Made by a program: the position numbers and the translations under genes | Shown: positions 28,459 to 38,798 of the stretch, in pieces | Position numbering within the stretch: the stretch's first letter is position 1 | Layout: each line of letters begins with the position of its first letter | Assembly: GCA_017411435.1 (NCBI GenBank) | Contig: JAFQQD010000036.1 | Coordinates: 2,938 to 66,937 of the forward strand | Direction of reading: 5' to 3' | Length of the DNA stretch: 64,000 nucleotides | From: Clostridia bacterium | Lineage (GTDB): Bacteria; Bacillota; Clostridia; UMGS1883 | Notes under the pieces: model-generated | What the model was told of the DNA's origin: nothing | What the model saw: only the letters and a program-made list of their open reading frames with translations | The model's database searches: none

Positions 28459-29463
28459 TTAATCTTTTTTCGCTTTAAGAAGTTTTGTCTGCAACCGTTT
28501 TGAAGCAGGAATTTCAACAAATTTGTGAACAAGGTACGCCAAAGCAATCGAAGTGCCAATTGCCAAGGCAACTCCAAAGGGTTGTCCACCCCCCCTATTT
28601 TCCATTTTTTGGATAATGTTATAACCTATTTTTTGATGGATTAAGTAGAGAGGAAATGAAATAGATGCGAAGAAATTTAGTATGCCATCGTATTTGAATT
28701 TTATCCTTTTAACGATGAGAATATATATCAAGGCTGCTATAAAAATTGTGAAGATAAATCTGTTCAGAGGACGCTGAGTGTATTCAATTGCAAAGCATAA
28801 CAACAGGTTAACATATGCAAGATAATCTTTTTTATTTTTGTATATTGCACAAAATGACATACCGATGATGAATGCGCTTGCCCAGTCTGACAAAAGGATA
28901 AGTTTTGCTATGGTGTCTAAAGCGCCGTCTATTCCCAGAGCGGCAAAAAGTCCGTCCTGTAAAATGATAAGTACAAGCCAAATAGTTGACAAAATGGTAT
29001 AATTTCTTTTTTTGAGAAATAATGTGAGGGTTATGATGACATAAAACCACAATTCGCAACGAAGCGTCCAATAAGCACCATCAACACTGGGTATTCCCAC
29101 AAAGCCCTGAAGCATAGTGAAATTAAATATTGTTGATACAAGATCTGTTTTGAAGGGGAAGTTTAAGGCATATGTAACTATGGTAGTAAGTATTATGGCA
29201 ACCCAATATGACGGGTAGAGCCTTGTCACTCTTTTTACTGCAAACTTTTTCGGAGTAAGAGTGTCATTTACATTTGCCACGGTAAGAAATCCGCTGAGAA
29301 TAAAGAACACACTTACTGCCCAGCAGCCCCACCATACTCCGACATGGCTGCTCTCTGCACCCATATTATACAAACTATCAAAATATCTTGTTGTGTAATG
29401 ATAGAGCATAATTAAAATTGCGCCTACGCCTCGTATATAATTGAGTCCGTAATTTTTCTCCAT
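28459..29463 (-). CDS. Acyltransferase family 3 membrane O-acyltransferase.
   Basis: The product is polytopic. The ORF is 334 aa. Confidence 0.65.
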   Translation of the reverse strand: MEKNYGLNYIRGVGAILIMLYHYTTRYFDSLYNMGAESSHVGVWWGCWAVSVFFILSGFLTVANVNDTLTPKKFAVKRVTRLYPSYWVAIILTTIVTYALNFPFKTDLVSTIFNFTMLQGFVGIPSVDGAYWTLRCELWFYVIITLTLFLKKRNYTILSTIWLVLIILQDGLFAALGIDGALDTIAKLILLSDWASAFIIGMSFCAIYKNKKDYLAYVNLLLCFAIEYTQRPLNRFIFTIFIAALIYILIVKRIKFKYDGILNFFASISFPLYLIHQKIGYNIIQKMENRGGGQPFGVALAIGTSIALAYLVHKFVEIPASKRLQTKLLKAKKD

Positions 29464-29487
29464 AACATCACTTTCTTTCAGATTGTT

Positions 29488-30510
29488 TTATCGACTGTGT
29501 TTTTGTGGTATTGTGTTTACTATTTTTCCTGCTATTTTATTAAAGATAATTGCAAGCACAATTGAAACGGGGAATATCCACAAATAATAAGTGTATGGCG
29601 GATAATACAAGAGGTCATAATACTTTAATATACGGGTAATTGCATTATGTACAAGATAAAGCTCCAGAGAAAAGCCTCCGAAAAAGCAGAAGAATTTATA
29701 CATCCCCGTTTGAATCTTAAAACGCTTTATTTTTTCCATTACCCATGTAATTAGAATAATCATAGGTATAGTAATTACGGCATAAACAAATCTGTCATAC
29801 ATGATATTAAGAGTATGCGGAAACGAAGATTGCCACCATAACATCCCAATTAAAACTATTAACGACAATAAAATCTGCCAGCCCTTTATTTCACGGTTTT
29901 CTTTCACTGTGTCTGACATATATATTCCTGTTAAAATGATAGGAATTCTGGAAAGTGCTTTTTCTGAGTAGGTATAGATTCCTTTTTCGACAAGGAAAAT
30001 TTCAAGTGCCACACAGACTATACCCAGCAAAATGAGGTATCTTCGCTCCCTGCGATAGATTTTATAAAGGAGCGGATAAAAAACATACATTGCTGTTGCA
30101 AGGGAAACATACCAGAACGGAACCTTTGCCTTAATCCAGAAATTTATTGCAGTTGTATCAAGGATGAAGCAATGTATTCTTTCAAGTGTAATTCCCGTTA
30201 CACTGTCGCGCCACATATAATAAGGTACGCAAATTATAAGAAACGGTACCCAGAGTCTTATTATTCTGTTTTTGTAAAAATCCTTCAAAGAATTTTTTTC
30301 AATAGAATAACTAAGTCCCACTGCAGAAAGGAACATAAAAATGTCCACACCAATGTTACCAAGGCTCAAAAAACCCCTGAGTGCGCCCTCTCTGGGAACA
30401 CCTACCATAGCGCGGATATGGAAAAACACAATCCATACCGCAGCAAGCCCGAACAGGAATTCCCTATATTTCATTACATCTTTCCAGGTAAATTTAACAT
30501 TTTCGCTCAT
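29488..30510 (-). CDS. Acyltransferase family 3 membrane O-acyltransferase.
   Basis: The product is polytopic. The ORF is 340 aa. Confidence 0.65.
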   Translation of the reverse strand: MSENVKFTWKDVMKYREFLFGLAAVWIVFFHIRAMVGVPREGALRGFLSLGNIGVDIFMFLSAVGLSYSIEKNSLKDFYKNRIIRLWVPFLIICVPYYMWRDSVTGITLERIHCFILDTTAINFWIKAKVPFWYVSLATAMYVFYPLLYKIYRRERRYLILLGIVCVALEIFLVEKGIYTYSEKALSRIPIILTGIYMSDTVKENREIKGWQILLSLIVLIGMLWWQSSFPHTLNIMYDRFVYAVITIPMIILITWVMEKIKRFKIQTGMYKFFCFFGGFSLELYLVHNAITRILKYYDLLYYPPYTYYLWIFPVSIVLAIIFNKIAGKIVNTIPQKHSR

Positions 30511-30513
30511 AAA

Positions 30514-31533
30514 TTATCTTCCGTCATACATTTTTTTGTAGTATTCCTTGTACTCGCCGCTGATAATATTTTCCCACCAGGGCTTATTGTCAAGGTACCA
30601 CTTGATTGTCTTTTTGATACCGTCATCAAACTTTGTGGCCGGTAGCCAGCCAAGTTCTGCGTGAATTTTTGCAGGGTCGATGGCATAGCGCATATCGTGT
30701 CCCTTACGGTCTGTAACATAGGTGATAAGTTCCTCGCTCTTACCGAGTTCTTTTATGATAATCTTGACAACATCGATATTTGCCTTTTCGTTGTGACCGC
30801 CGATGTTATACACCTCACCCACTCTGCCGTTGTGGATTATAAGGTCAATCGCGCTGCAATGGTCCTCAACATAGAGCCAGTCGCGGATGTTAAGACCTTC
30901 TCCGTACACGGGAAGAGGCTTATCGGCAAGCGCGTTTGCTATCATAAGGGGTATAAGCTTTTCGGGAAAATGGAAAGGCCCGTAGTTATTTGAGCAACGC
31001 GAAATTGTTGCAGGGAAGTTATATGTACGGTGGTATGCAGATACCAGAAGGTCCGCCGCTGCCTTTGACGCGCTGTACGGACTTGAGGTATGGATTGGCG
31101 TTTCCTCGGTAAAGAAAAGGTCGGGACGGTCAAGAGGAAGGTCACCGTAAACCTCATCTGTTGAAACCTGATGGTATCTCTTTACCTCGAATTCGCGTGA
31201 TGCGTCCATAAGTACCTGAGTACCAAGTATATTGGTTTTAAGGAACACTTCGGGTGTTTCAATACTTCTGTCCACATGGCTTTCTGCCGCAAAGTTTACT
31301 ACAATATCAAACTTTTCTTCGCCGAAAAGTTTTCTTACAGCCTCGCGGTCTGTGATATCGCCCTTGACAAACTTGAAGTTCTCGTTTTTCATCGCATCTT
31401 CAAGTGTTTCAAGGTTTCCTGCGTATGTAAGGGCGTCAAGACACACCAGTTTATAGTCGGGGTGTTTTTCAAGCATATAATATATGAAGTTACTGCCGAT
31501 AAAGCCGGCACCGCCTGTTACCAAAATCTTCAT
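30514..31533 (-). CDS. rfbB: dTDP-glucose 4,6-dehydratase.
   Basis: The protein starts MKILVTGGAGFIGSNF and carries YSASKAA. Confidence 0.9.
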   Translation of the reverse strand: MKILVTGGAGFIGSNFIYYMLEKHPDYKLVCLDALTYAGNLETLEDAMKNENFKFVKGDITDREAVRKLFGEEKFDIVVNFAAESHVDRSIETPEVFLKTNILGTQVLMDASREFEVKRYHQVSTDEVYGDLPLDRPDLFFTEETPIHTSSPYSASKAAADLLVSAYHRTYNFPATISRCSNNYGPFHFPEKLIPLMIANALADKPLPVYGEGLNIRDWLYVEDHCSAIDLIIHNGRVGEVYNIGGHNEKANIDVVKIIIKELGKSEELITYVTDRKGHDMRYAIDPAKIHAELGWLPATKFDDGIKKTIKWYLDNKPWWENIISGEYKEYYKKMYDGR

Positions 31534-31538
31534 AATAA

Positions 31539-32411
31539 TTACTCCTTTACAAGTTCAAGAATATATTTACCGTAGTCGGTCATTTTAAGTTCTTCGCCGA
31601 TTTTACGAAGCTGTTCTTTATCAATAAATCCGCGGCGATATGCAATTTCCTCGATACAGGAAATGTACATACCCTGAACACTCTGCACGCTCTGTACGAA
31701 CTGGCTCGCCTGAAGCATACCCGAGGGAGAGCCTGTATCAAGCCATGCCATACCGCGGTTAAAGAGTTTAACCTTAAGTGTTCCACGGCGGAGATATTCG
31801 TTATTTACTGCAGTGATTTCAATTTCTCCGCGTGCGGAGGGTTTAACATTCTTTGCAATTTCAATTACGCTGTTGTCATAGAAGTAAAGACCGGGTACTG
31901 CATATTTTGACTTGGGGGCTTCGGGTTTTTCCTCGATAGAAACAACATTGAATTTGTCGTCAAATTCAACTACGCCAAAGGCTCTCGGGTCACTTACGGG
32001 ATAGCCGAAAATTGTCGCGCCGGTATTGTGCTCCATTGCTTCCTTCAGTGTTTTAGTGAAGTGCTGTCCGTAGAAGACATTGTCGCCTAAAACAAGGCAT
32101 ACGCTGTCGTTACCGATGAATTCTTCACCCAGAATAAAAGCATCTGCAAGTCCGCGGGGAGTATCCTGAACCTTGTATGTAAGTTTTATGCCGAGTTTTT
32201 CTCCGTTGCCGAGAAGCTCTTCATACATAGGAGTATCCTCGGGAGTGGATATGATGAGGATATCCCTTATGCCTGCAAGAAGCAGTGTTGAAAGCGGATA
32301 GTAGATGAGTGGTTTGTCATAAATGGGAAGAAGCTGCTTTGAAACTGTTTTGGTCATGGGATAGAGGCGTGTACCCTTACCCCCTGCGAGAATTATACCT
32401 TTCATTTTCAT
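31539..32411 (-). CDS. rfbA: Glucose-1-phosphate thymidylyltransferase.
   Basis: The protein starts [18 protein letters not shown] and carries LGDN. Confidence 0.9.
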   Translation of the reverse strand: MKMKGIILAGGKGTRLYPMTKTVSKQLLPIYDKPLIYYPLSTLLLAGIRDILIISTPEDTPMYEELLGNGEKLGIKLTYKVQDTPRGLADAFILGEEFIGNDSVCLVLGDNVFYGQHFTKTLKEAMEHNTGATIFGYPVSDPRAFGVVEFDDKFNVVSIEEKPEAPKSKYAVPGLYFYDNSVIEIAKNVKPSARGEIEITAVNNEYLRRGTLKVKLFNRGMAWLDTGSPSGMLQASQFVQSVQSVQGMYISCIEEIAYRRGFIDKEQLRKIGEELKMTDYGKYILELVKE

Positions 32412-32417
32412 GTCCCC

Positions 32418-33503
32418 TTATCTTAAAATTATATCGCAAATTTTATTTACATTATCGTCTGAAAGCCCCTCATACATAGGAAGTGTGAGGATATTTTCCG
32501 AGATTTTCTTTGCAATTGGGGTTTCACCTCTAAATTTTCCTTTGTAGCAGGAAAACTCGTTTGTGATGGGATAGAAATACTTTCTTGCAAAGATATCCTC
32601 CGCGGAAAGTTTCTGTGCTATCTCATCACGATTATATTTATACCCGTCAAATAAAACGGGGAAATATGCGTGGTTTTGTGTAACTCCCCCCTGAATGGGA
32701 CACAGTTTGATGCCGTCTACGCCTTCAAGACGCTTGCGGTAGGTTTCTTCGGCAACTTTCCGACTTTCTATGCAGTCATCTATATATTTAAGGTTGCAAA
32801 GTCCCATTGCCGCCTGAAACTCATTCATTTTGGCGTTCGTGCCGACTTCGTCAACACTTTCGGGAGAGGTTATACCAAAATTGCGTAGTGTTGAAATTTT
32901 ACCTTCAAGTGCTTTGTCGCTGTATGTAAGACATCCACCCTCGATGGTGTTAAACACCTTTGTCGCGTGGAAACTGAACATACTGATATCGCCATATGTT
33001 CCTATTCCCCTGCCGCCTATCTTTACACCGAAAACATGTGCTGCATCGTAGATAACTTTAAGATTATGCTTTTTTGCAATGGCTTCAATTTTTTCCACAT
33101 CGCAGACATTTCCGTAAACATGGACGGGGATAATGGCACTCGTTTTATCTGTGATAAGTTCTTCAATCTTGTCCGTGTCGATGGTATATGTATCAGGATT
33201 AACATCACAGAATACGGGGGTAAGTCCGCAGTCAACAATCGCGTGCGTGGTTGAGGCAAAGGTAAACGGAGTTGTGATAACCTCGCCCGTAAGATTGAGC
33301 GCACGGATAGCAATAGTGAGTGCAAGATGTCCGTTTGTAAAGAGAGACACATTATCTGCACCGAGATATGTACCGACCTTGTCCGCAAATTCGTTGTGAA
33401 GCGGTCCCATATTGGTAAGCCATTTTGATTCAAATATTGGTTTTATTGCCTCGCAATACTCCTCGTAGGAGGGCATAGACGAGCGTGTTACATTGATTTT
33501 CAT
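32418..33503 (-). CDS. DegT/DnrJ/EryC1-family sugar aminotransferase, likely forming a dTDP-4-amino-4,6-dideoxyhexose.
   Basis: The start was placed at MKINVTRSS. The PLP-fold motif is FSFHATKVF. Confidence 0.8.
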   Translation of the reverse strand: MKINVTRSSMPSYEEYCEAIKPIFESKWLTNMGPLHNEFADKVGTYLGADNVSLFTNGHLALTIAIRALNLTGEVITTPFTFASTTHAIVDCGLTPVFCDVNPDTYTIDTDKIEELITDKTSAIIPVHVYGNVCDVEKIEAIAKKHNLKVIYDAAHVFGVKIGGRGIGTYGDISMFSFHATKVFNTIEGGCLTYSDKALEGKISTLRNFGITSPESVDEVGTNAKMNEFQAAMGLCNLKYIDDCIESRKVAEETYRKRLEGVDGIKLCPIQGGVTQNHAYFPVLFDGYKYNRDEIAQKLSAEDIFARKYFYPITNEFSCYKGKFRGETPIAKKISENILTLPMYEGLSDDNVNKICDIILR

Positions 33504-33523
33504 CTTATCTTTCCCCTTGTTTA

Positions 33524-34801
33524 TCAAAGTAATCCATAGAACAAAACAATTGCTAACCATGCTGTTATTAACCCTATAATTCCGGTAAGACCGCCAATAC
33601 GCAGATAATCTTTAAATCGATATCCCGCAACCTGAACCATTGTAACAGATGTAGTGGCTGCAGGAGTTGCCATTGCTAAGCTTGCACCAAAAACACACGC
33701 CATTGCCATCGGCATCGGGTTACATCCAATCTCAACAGCCATAGGAACAGCAATGGATGCAAGCATTGCAACAAGAGATCCGTTTGACATAAACAAGGAA
33801 AGTACATATCCGCTTAAAAGGAAAACTGTTACAAGCACCAACGGATTGGCAACACCTTCACCAAGGAGTTCGATAAGCCATGCAATAACCTTTTCCCCTA
33901 CGCCTGAATTTACAAATCCCTTTGCAATACCGATAGCCGCCGCCAAAGTAATAAGCGCAGACCAAAACATATTTTTCAAAGCTGTTTTACCATCCACACA
34001 CTTTGTTATAATGAGTATGAGAGCTCCTGAAATTGCTATAAGACCCAAATCCCAGCCAAAAGGTTGAGCAACAAAGAGAACTGCACAACTCAAAAAAACC
34101 GAAACAGAAATTACTGCATTTTTCTTGTTAATAGGAACTTCTTTAATATTCTTTTCTGTTCCGTCATTTATTTCTTCAAAATCAAAGCATTTAGCCTGTA
34201 GTTTGTACAAGAAGAGCCAATAGCAAGCGCTCATAACCACAATTATTGAAAGTGCTATCGGCAAGGGTTCAAAGAACTCCATAGACTCTGCACCTACAGA
34301 TTTCAAAACATCATTTGCCAATAGCGGCGCCGTACTTCCTGCAAGTGTCGCGGTACCACCAATCAAGCCACCGGTAGCAAGTGTTAAATAGGTGTTCTTT
34401 TTGGTTATTGTTCCGTTTGAGGTTGCTGCAACGGAAGCAATAAACGGCATAAACATCGCAACAAGCGATGCATTCGTCATAAACATAGAAAGAAAAGCTG
34501 CTAACAAAAATACTATCACAACAAAGAGCTTTTCATTTTTTCCCGCGAATTTAGACAAAAATTTTCCTATTTTTCCTGCGACTCCACAATTAAGCAAAGC
34601 ATCAATAATGATAACCATACCAATAACAAGCATAACCGGAGTACTGGAAAATCCAGAAAAAGCTTCTGCCGATGTAAGTATGCCCGCATAAACCATTGCA
34701 AGCATACCAAGAAGCGTAGTCACCGCTACAGGGAAAATTTCAAGTATGTACAACACACAAGTGCAAAGCACTATTATAAGTGCAAGTGTACTTTGTTCCA
34801 T
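33524..34801 (-). CDS. SLC13/DASS-like anion permease.
   Basis: The product is 425 aa with about 12 transmembrane segments in two repeats. Confidence 0.55.
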   Translation of the reverse strand: MEQSTLALIIVLCTCVLYILEIFPVAVTTLLGMLAMVYAGILTSAEAFSGFSSTPVMLVIGMVIIIDALLNCGVAGKIGKFLSKFAGKNEKLFVVIVFLLAAFLSMFMTNASLVAMFMPFIASVAATSNGTITKKNTYLTLATGGLIGGTATLAGSTAPLLANDVLKSVGAESMEFFEPLPIALSIIVVMSACYWLFLYKLQAKCFDFEEINDGTEKNIKEVPINKKNAVISVSVFLSCAVLFVAQPFGWDLGLIAISGALILIITKCVDGKTALKNMFWSALITLAAAIGIAKGFVNSGVGEKVIAWLIELLGEGVANPLVLVTVFLLSGYVLSLFMSNGSLVAMLASIAVPMAVEIGCNPMPMAMACVFGASLAMATPAATTSVTMVQVAGYRFKDYLRIGGLTGIIGLITAWLAIVLFYGLL

Positions 34802-34813
34802 AACTTCTCCTCC

Positions 34814-36124
34814 TTAAGAGTAATTTTCTTCCAGGCTATTAATAACCATGTTTCTGTTTTCTGTATCAAAAATGCATAAATGACTCTGAAAATATTTCAG
34901 TGCATTAAGGAGTTCTTTTCGGGAAGGTGCTGAAAATGCTGTTTTACCAAAGCATTGTACCATTGATCCATCAGGAACAATGACCTCACCCTCTTTTTTT
35001 CTCGGAATGTATACATCTACAAATGGCATCTGTAAAACTTCGTCTTCTTTGGGTAGTTTTGCTATTTTTCCTTCCGAAAGCAAAATATTAAGAAGAGCAT
35101 AACTGTTTTTAAAATCGTTATCATTCAGTTCTTGCAAATTATATCCGGCTAACTTACCTGTCAGTGCGTGGCGAAGAAGCATTTCAACCTGATCAATACC
35201 ACATTCCTGCTTAATGAATTCCTCCTGAAATTTAGCACCGTAACGAAACTGAGCCTCTATAATATAAATACGATCATTCATATTGATAAGTTCAAAACAT
35301 AACAGTCCGTTTTTATATCCGATATTTTTAACAAATTCTTGAACATTCTTACATAAAGTTTGTTTAATAAGTTCATTGCTCTTAGAGGGGAAAATATAAG
35401 CTCCTGGGAGATTCACATTGTCTTTATTGTCATCATTTGCCGGTTTATCACTTGAAGCACAAAAATAAGCTTTTCCATCTTGAATCATAAAATCTGCAAG
35501 GCAATATTCCCCACGCAAATATTTCTCAACAATTACTTTCTTTGATTTGGAAAATTCGAGGCCTCGTAAAACAGCTGTTTTTAAGGTTTCTTCACTATGA
35601 CAAACCGATATTCCTCGTGCACCGCTGTTATCTACGGGTTTTACAATTACAGGATATTCTATAATTTTTGCATACTCATTATCTTCTAATATCTTTTGTG
35701 CATCATATTCATCTATAATTGGAAGTTTTGCCTTTTTACAGGCATCTTTAAACAAAGCTTTATCTACCATAATGTCACACAAGCCCTCAGCTGTGAAGCA
35801 AGGGAGATTTGCCTCTCGACAAAGCCTTTCATAGATATGCAAATGCGAATCAGTGTAAGCCGTAAAAATCCCGTCGATTTTTTCCTTTTTAATAATTTCC
35901 ATCATCGCCGGAATATCAAAAATATTTACAGTATATTCTTTGTCTGCAAAAGTTTTGGCAGGAGCGTCTTCTACCGAATACCAATTAGCGATTACAACAT
36001 AGATGCCTAAATTATGAGCCTTTTCTATAATTCTTTTTGCCAGAATTGTTCCTTCCAGCATCAAAAGTCGTTTTCCTCTCAAATCATTTATTTGCATTTC
36101 ACTTATTCCCTCCATTATACTCAT
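34814..36124 (-). CDS. ATP-grasp domain ligase.
   Basis: The motif IVKPVDNSGARGISV is present. It is a paralog of the 37589..38794 gene. Confidence 0.7.
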   Translation of the reverse strand: MSIMEGISEMQINDLRGKRLLMLEGTILAKRIIEKAHNLGIYVVIANWYSVEDAPAKTFADKEYTVNIFDIPAMMEIIKKEKIDGIFTAYTDSHLHIYERLCREANLPCFTAEGLCDIMVDKALFKDACKKAKLPIIDEYDAQKILEDNEYAKIIEYPVIVKPVDNSGARGISVCHSEETLKTAVLRGLEFSKSKKVIVEKYLRGEYCLADFMIQDGKAYFCASSDKPANDDNKDNVNLPGAYIFPSKSNELIKQTLCKNVQEFVKNIGYKNGLLCFELINMNDRIYIIEAQFRYGAKFQEEFIKQECGIDQVEMLLRHALTGKLAGYNLQELNDNDFKNSYALLNILLSEGKIAKLPKEDEVLQMPFVDVYIPRKKEGEVIVPDGSMVQCFGKTAFSAPSRKELLNALKYFQSHLCIFDTENRNMVINSLEENYS

Positions 36125-36626
36125 CTTTGAGCAATCCCATGAGCATCATATTTTCATATCTCCCATTTTTATAATTCGACTCTCTTTTTAACCCCTCTTT
36201 GATAAAGCCAACTTTTTTGTACAGGCCAATTGCCGCAACATTGTTTTCCAGGACCTGAAGTTCAATTCTTCTGAGATTAAGATTGTCAAACGCATGGTTT
36301 ACCATTGCTCTTACAGCGAAAGTCCCCAAGCCTTTGCCTCGACTTTCTGCATTTCCTATCATAATATGAAGTTCTCCACTACGGTTAATGTTGTTAATAG
36401 AAAGAAGACTTACAAGCCCAAGGACTTTTTTTTCATTTTCATCATCTACAATAGCACATCGCACCGAGTCACTTCTGGTGTGAAGATATTTTGTGTACCA
36501 TTCCCCGTCAACATCTTCATTTATGTATCTATACGGAGCTCCGAGACACGCAATCAGATGTGGGTCATTTCTCCATTTGTTTATGCTTTTTAAATCCTCT
36601 CGTTCTAATTCCCTTAATTTATACAT
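36099..36626 (-). CDS. GNAT N-acetyltransferase.
   Basis: The product is 175 aa with the typical motif A/B region. Confidence 0.8.
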   Translation of the reverse strand: MYKLRELEREDLKSINKWRNDPHLIACLGAPYRYINEDVDGEWYTKYLHTRSDSVRCAIVDDENEKKVLGLVSLLSINNINRSGELHIMIGNAESRGKGLGTFAVRAMVNHAFDNLNLRRIELQVLENNVAAIGLYKKVGFIKEGLKRESNYKNGRYENMMLMGLLKDEYNGGNK

Positions 36627-37582
36627 TTTTGTATAGCCTCCACAACTTTTTTCATTTCTTTTTTTCCATATCTTTGGTCAACCGGTAACGGAAGTATATT
36701 TTCAGCCAAATCGTATTCTAATGAATTTTCCTCACAAACTTCAAAAACATCAGGCCACAATGTGGGAATATATATTTTTTCTGATGCCAGGAGCTTTTTT
36801 ATTTTCATGCCGTCTTCAATATATAGCGGATACATAAACGCTCCATCCGGAATGATTAAATCAAGTTTATTTAGCTCTTTGAATGAATCGTGAAGAAATG
36901 TAAAGTTTGCAGTTCTTCTTTTCACCACAAAATCGTAGTCTATCCCTTTTAACAGATTCTGTGTCAGTTTAGACATATTCTTCATATCCTCATTTTCGAA
37001 GACCTTATTATTTTCAGATGCCTTTTTATAAAAGGTTGATGCGTCTTTTTCATAACGCCCCATTACAAAGTCCATGCGTTCAAAAGAAACATCTGTTTCT
37101 AACGAACTGTCAAGTTTATAGTTTGTATAAAGATATCCCCCGTCTGCTACTCCAAAATACTTTCGGCAAGTGTATATCGTATCCACATTGCCAGCGGGTT
37201 TTTCAAAAAAGTGTTGAGCATTATCTACAATAATGTTTTTATATTTTTCTTTTAACTTCAGTATATCTTCTTTATTCTTTTGCCCATAGTAATTTACTAT
37301 GTAAACATAGGAATCCGGTCCTACGCTGTCAATCAAAGGATTGAAATTTTTATCAATATGATAAAGAAAATACTCCACTTCACACTTTTCACAAATTTTC
37401 CTTACAGACGCACATAAAAAATATGGTAAATATATTTTTTTGATTCTTCGTGCTCTCAGAATATACTCAAGGCAATGTCGTCCGCTATTAAGTCTTATGG
37501 CTTCGTTATGGTACTCTTTGCCATAAAACGCTTCCATTTCCATATAACCGCCTATTTCTTCTTTTAAGCAAGACATAAACAT
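36614..37582 (-). CDS. Hypothetical protein, possibly a divergent DegT-like fold.
   Basis: There is weak resemblance to the aminotransferase fold. The start is uncertain. Confidence 0.35.
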   Translation of the reverse strand: MFMSCLKEEIGGYMEMEAFYGKEYHNEAIRLNSGRHCLEYILRARRIKKIYLPYFLCASVRKICEKCEVEYFLYHIDKNFNPLIDSVGPDSYVYIVNYYGQKNKEDILKLKEKYKNIIVDNAQHFFEKPAGNVDTIYTCRKYFGVADGGYLYTNYKLDSSLETDVSFERMDFVMGRYEKDASTFYKKASENNKVFENEDMKNMSKLTQNLLKGIDYDFVVKRRTANFTFLHDSFKELNKLDLIIPDGAFMYPLYIEDGMKIKKLLASEKIYIPTLWPDVFEVCEENSLEYDLAENILPLPVDQRYGKKEMKKVVEAIQKCIN

Positions 37583-37588
37583 ATCTCC

Positions 37589-38794
37589 TTATTCCAAAAC
37601 TACATTTATCCACTTATCAGAATTATCCATCATATCAAGCATCTGCTGCATGGTATCAAACTTCATCAGAAGAATTCCGAGAGTTGTATTTGCTCCTGTA
37701 AAAGCTTTTATTTCATCGCCGGGATTCTTCAAAATATGATTTTCCACGATATTGTTCTTTTGTACTGCTTCATCAATGACAACTTCTTTAAGAATTCCGT
37801 CTTCAAGGCTATGTACAGCATAATATGCAAAATATCCATCTCCTTCCATTGATGCAGGAGGCTGAATTTCCTCGCCCATGGCAGTACGCACGGAATATTC
37901 CACCAGATCGACACCTGTAGCATATTTTATTATCTGTGGAATATAGTTTCCTCCGTCACGGGGAGCGATTTCCATAAGATATACATTATAATCTTTATCG
38001 ATGCGTATATCAAAATTATAGGTGGTGGACCTCATATCAAGAAGGGTAATAAGACGCTGAATTTCCGAATGAATCTTTTCGTGAACTTCCTTGGGCATAT
38101 TGTATGGAAAGCTTGCAGAAATTGGCACAAACGGATTTACGCATTTGGGATTGAAATGGTCGTTTGCAAAGTATCTGAAAACCAGTTTTCCGTCGATTGA
38201 AAGACCGTCACCCGCAATCTGATAGCCAAATTTTTCTACAAATTCTTCTACGATAATTTTCCCTCCGCGCGAAAAGCTCATTGCGTATTCAAGTTTTTCC
38301 TTTGCATCAGAAACTCCGGAAACCTTGCCGACGCCCTTACTACCTGATGAATCCACAGGCTTTATAATAACAGGAAGCTTGAATACACCTCTTTCAATGT
38401 CGCAAAGTCCCTCTTCCATATTTGAGTAGCCTTTTGCAAGAGGAGTGCAAAATCCGTTTTCTGAAAGAAATGCACGGAACAAATCCTTGTTGCATAGAAT
38501 TTCTACAGATTCATACGGACTTCCCGAAAGTTTCATCTTTTCCGCAACATATGCCGCAGTCGGTGCAGCAGGGTCTGAAGCATATGACAAAATTCCGTTA
38601 ATATTCTCTTTTTTTGCGACATCAAGCACCGCTTCTTTATCAGTTGTACTTACCTGATAAAATTTGTCCGCTATATATTGTCCCGGATTATCCGGAAGAT
38701 AATCACAAAGAACTGTAAAATATCCCAATTCTTTCGCCTTTTCTATAGCTATTATTTGCTGCGCGCTGCCGCCTAAAAGCATTATTTTTTTCAC
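37589..38794 (-). CDS. ATP-grasp domain ligase.
   Basis: The motif VIIKPVDSSGSKGVG is present. Confidence 0.75.
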   Translation of the reverse strand: MKKIMLLGGSAQQIIAIEKAKELGYFTVLCDYLPDNPGQYIADKFYQVSTTDKEAVLDVAKKENINGILSYASDPAAPTAAYVAEKMKLSGSPYESVEILCNKDLFRAFLSENGFCTPLAKGYSNMEEGLCDIERGVFKLPVIIKPVDSSGSKGVGKVSGVSDAKEKLEYAMSFSRGGKIIVEEFVEKFGYQIAGDGLSIDGKLVFRYFANDHFNPKCVNPFVPISASFPYNMPKEVHEKIHSEIQRLITLLDMRSTTYNFDIRIDKDYNVYLMEIAPRDGGNYIPQIIKYATGVDLVEYSVRTAMGEEIQPPASMEGDGYFAYYAVHSLEDGILKEVVIDEAVQKNNIVENHILKNPGDEIKAFTGANTTLGILLMKFDTMQQMLDMMDNSDKWINVVLE

Positions 38795-38798
38795 TATT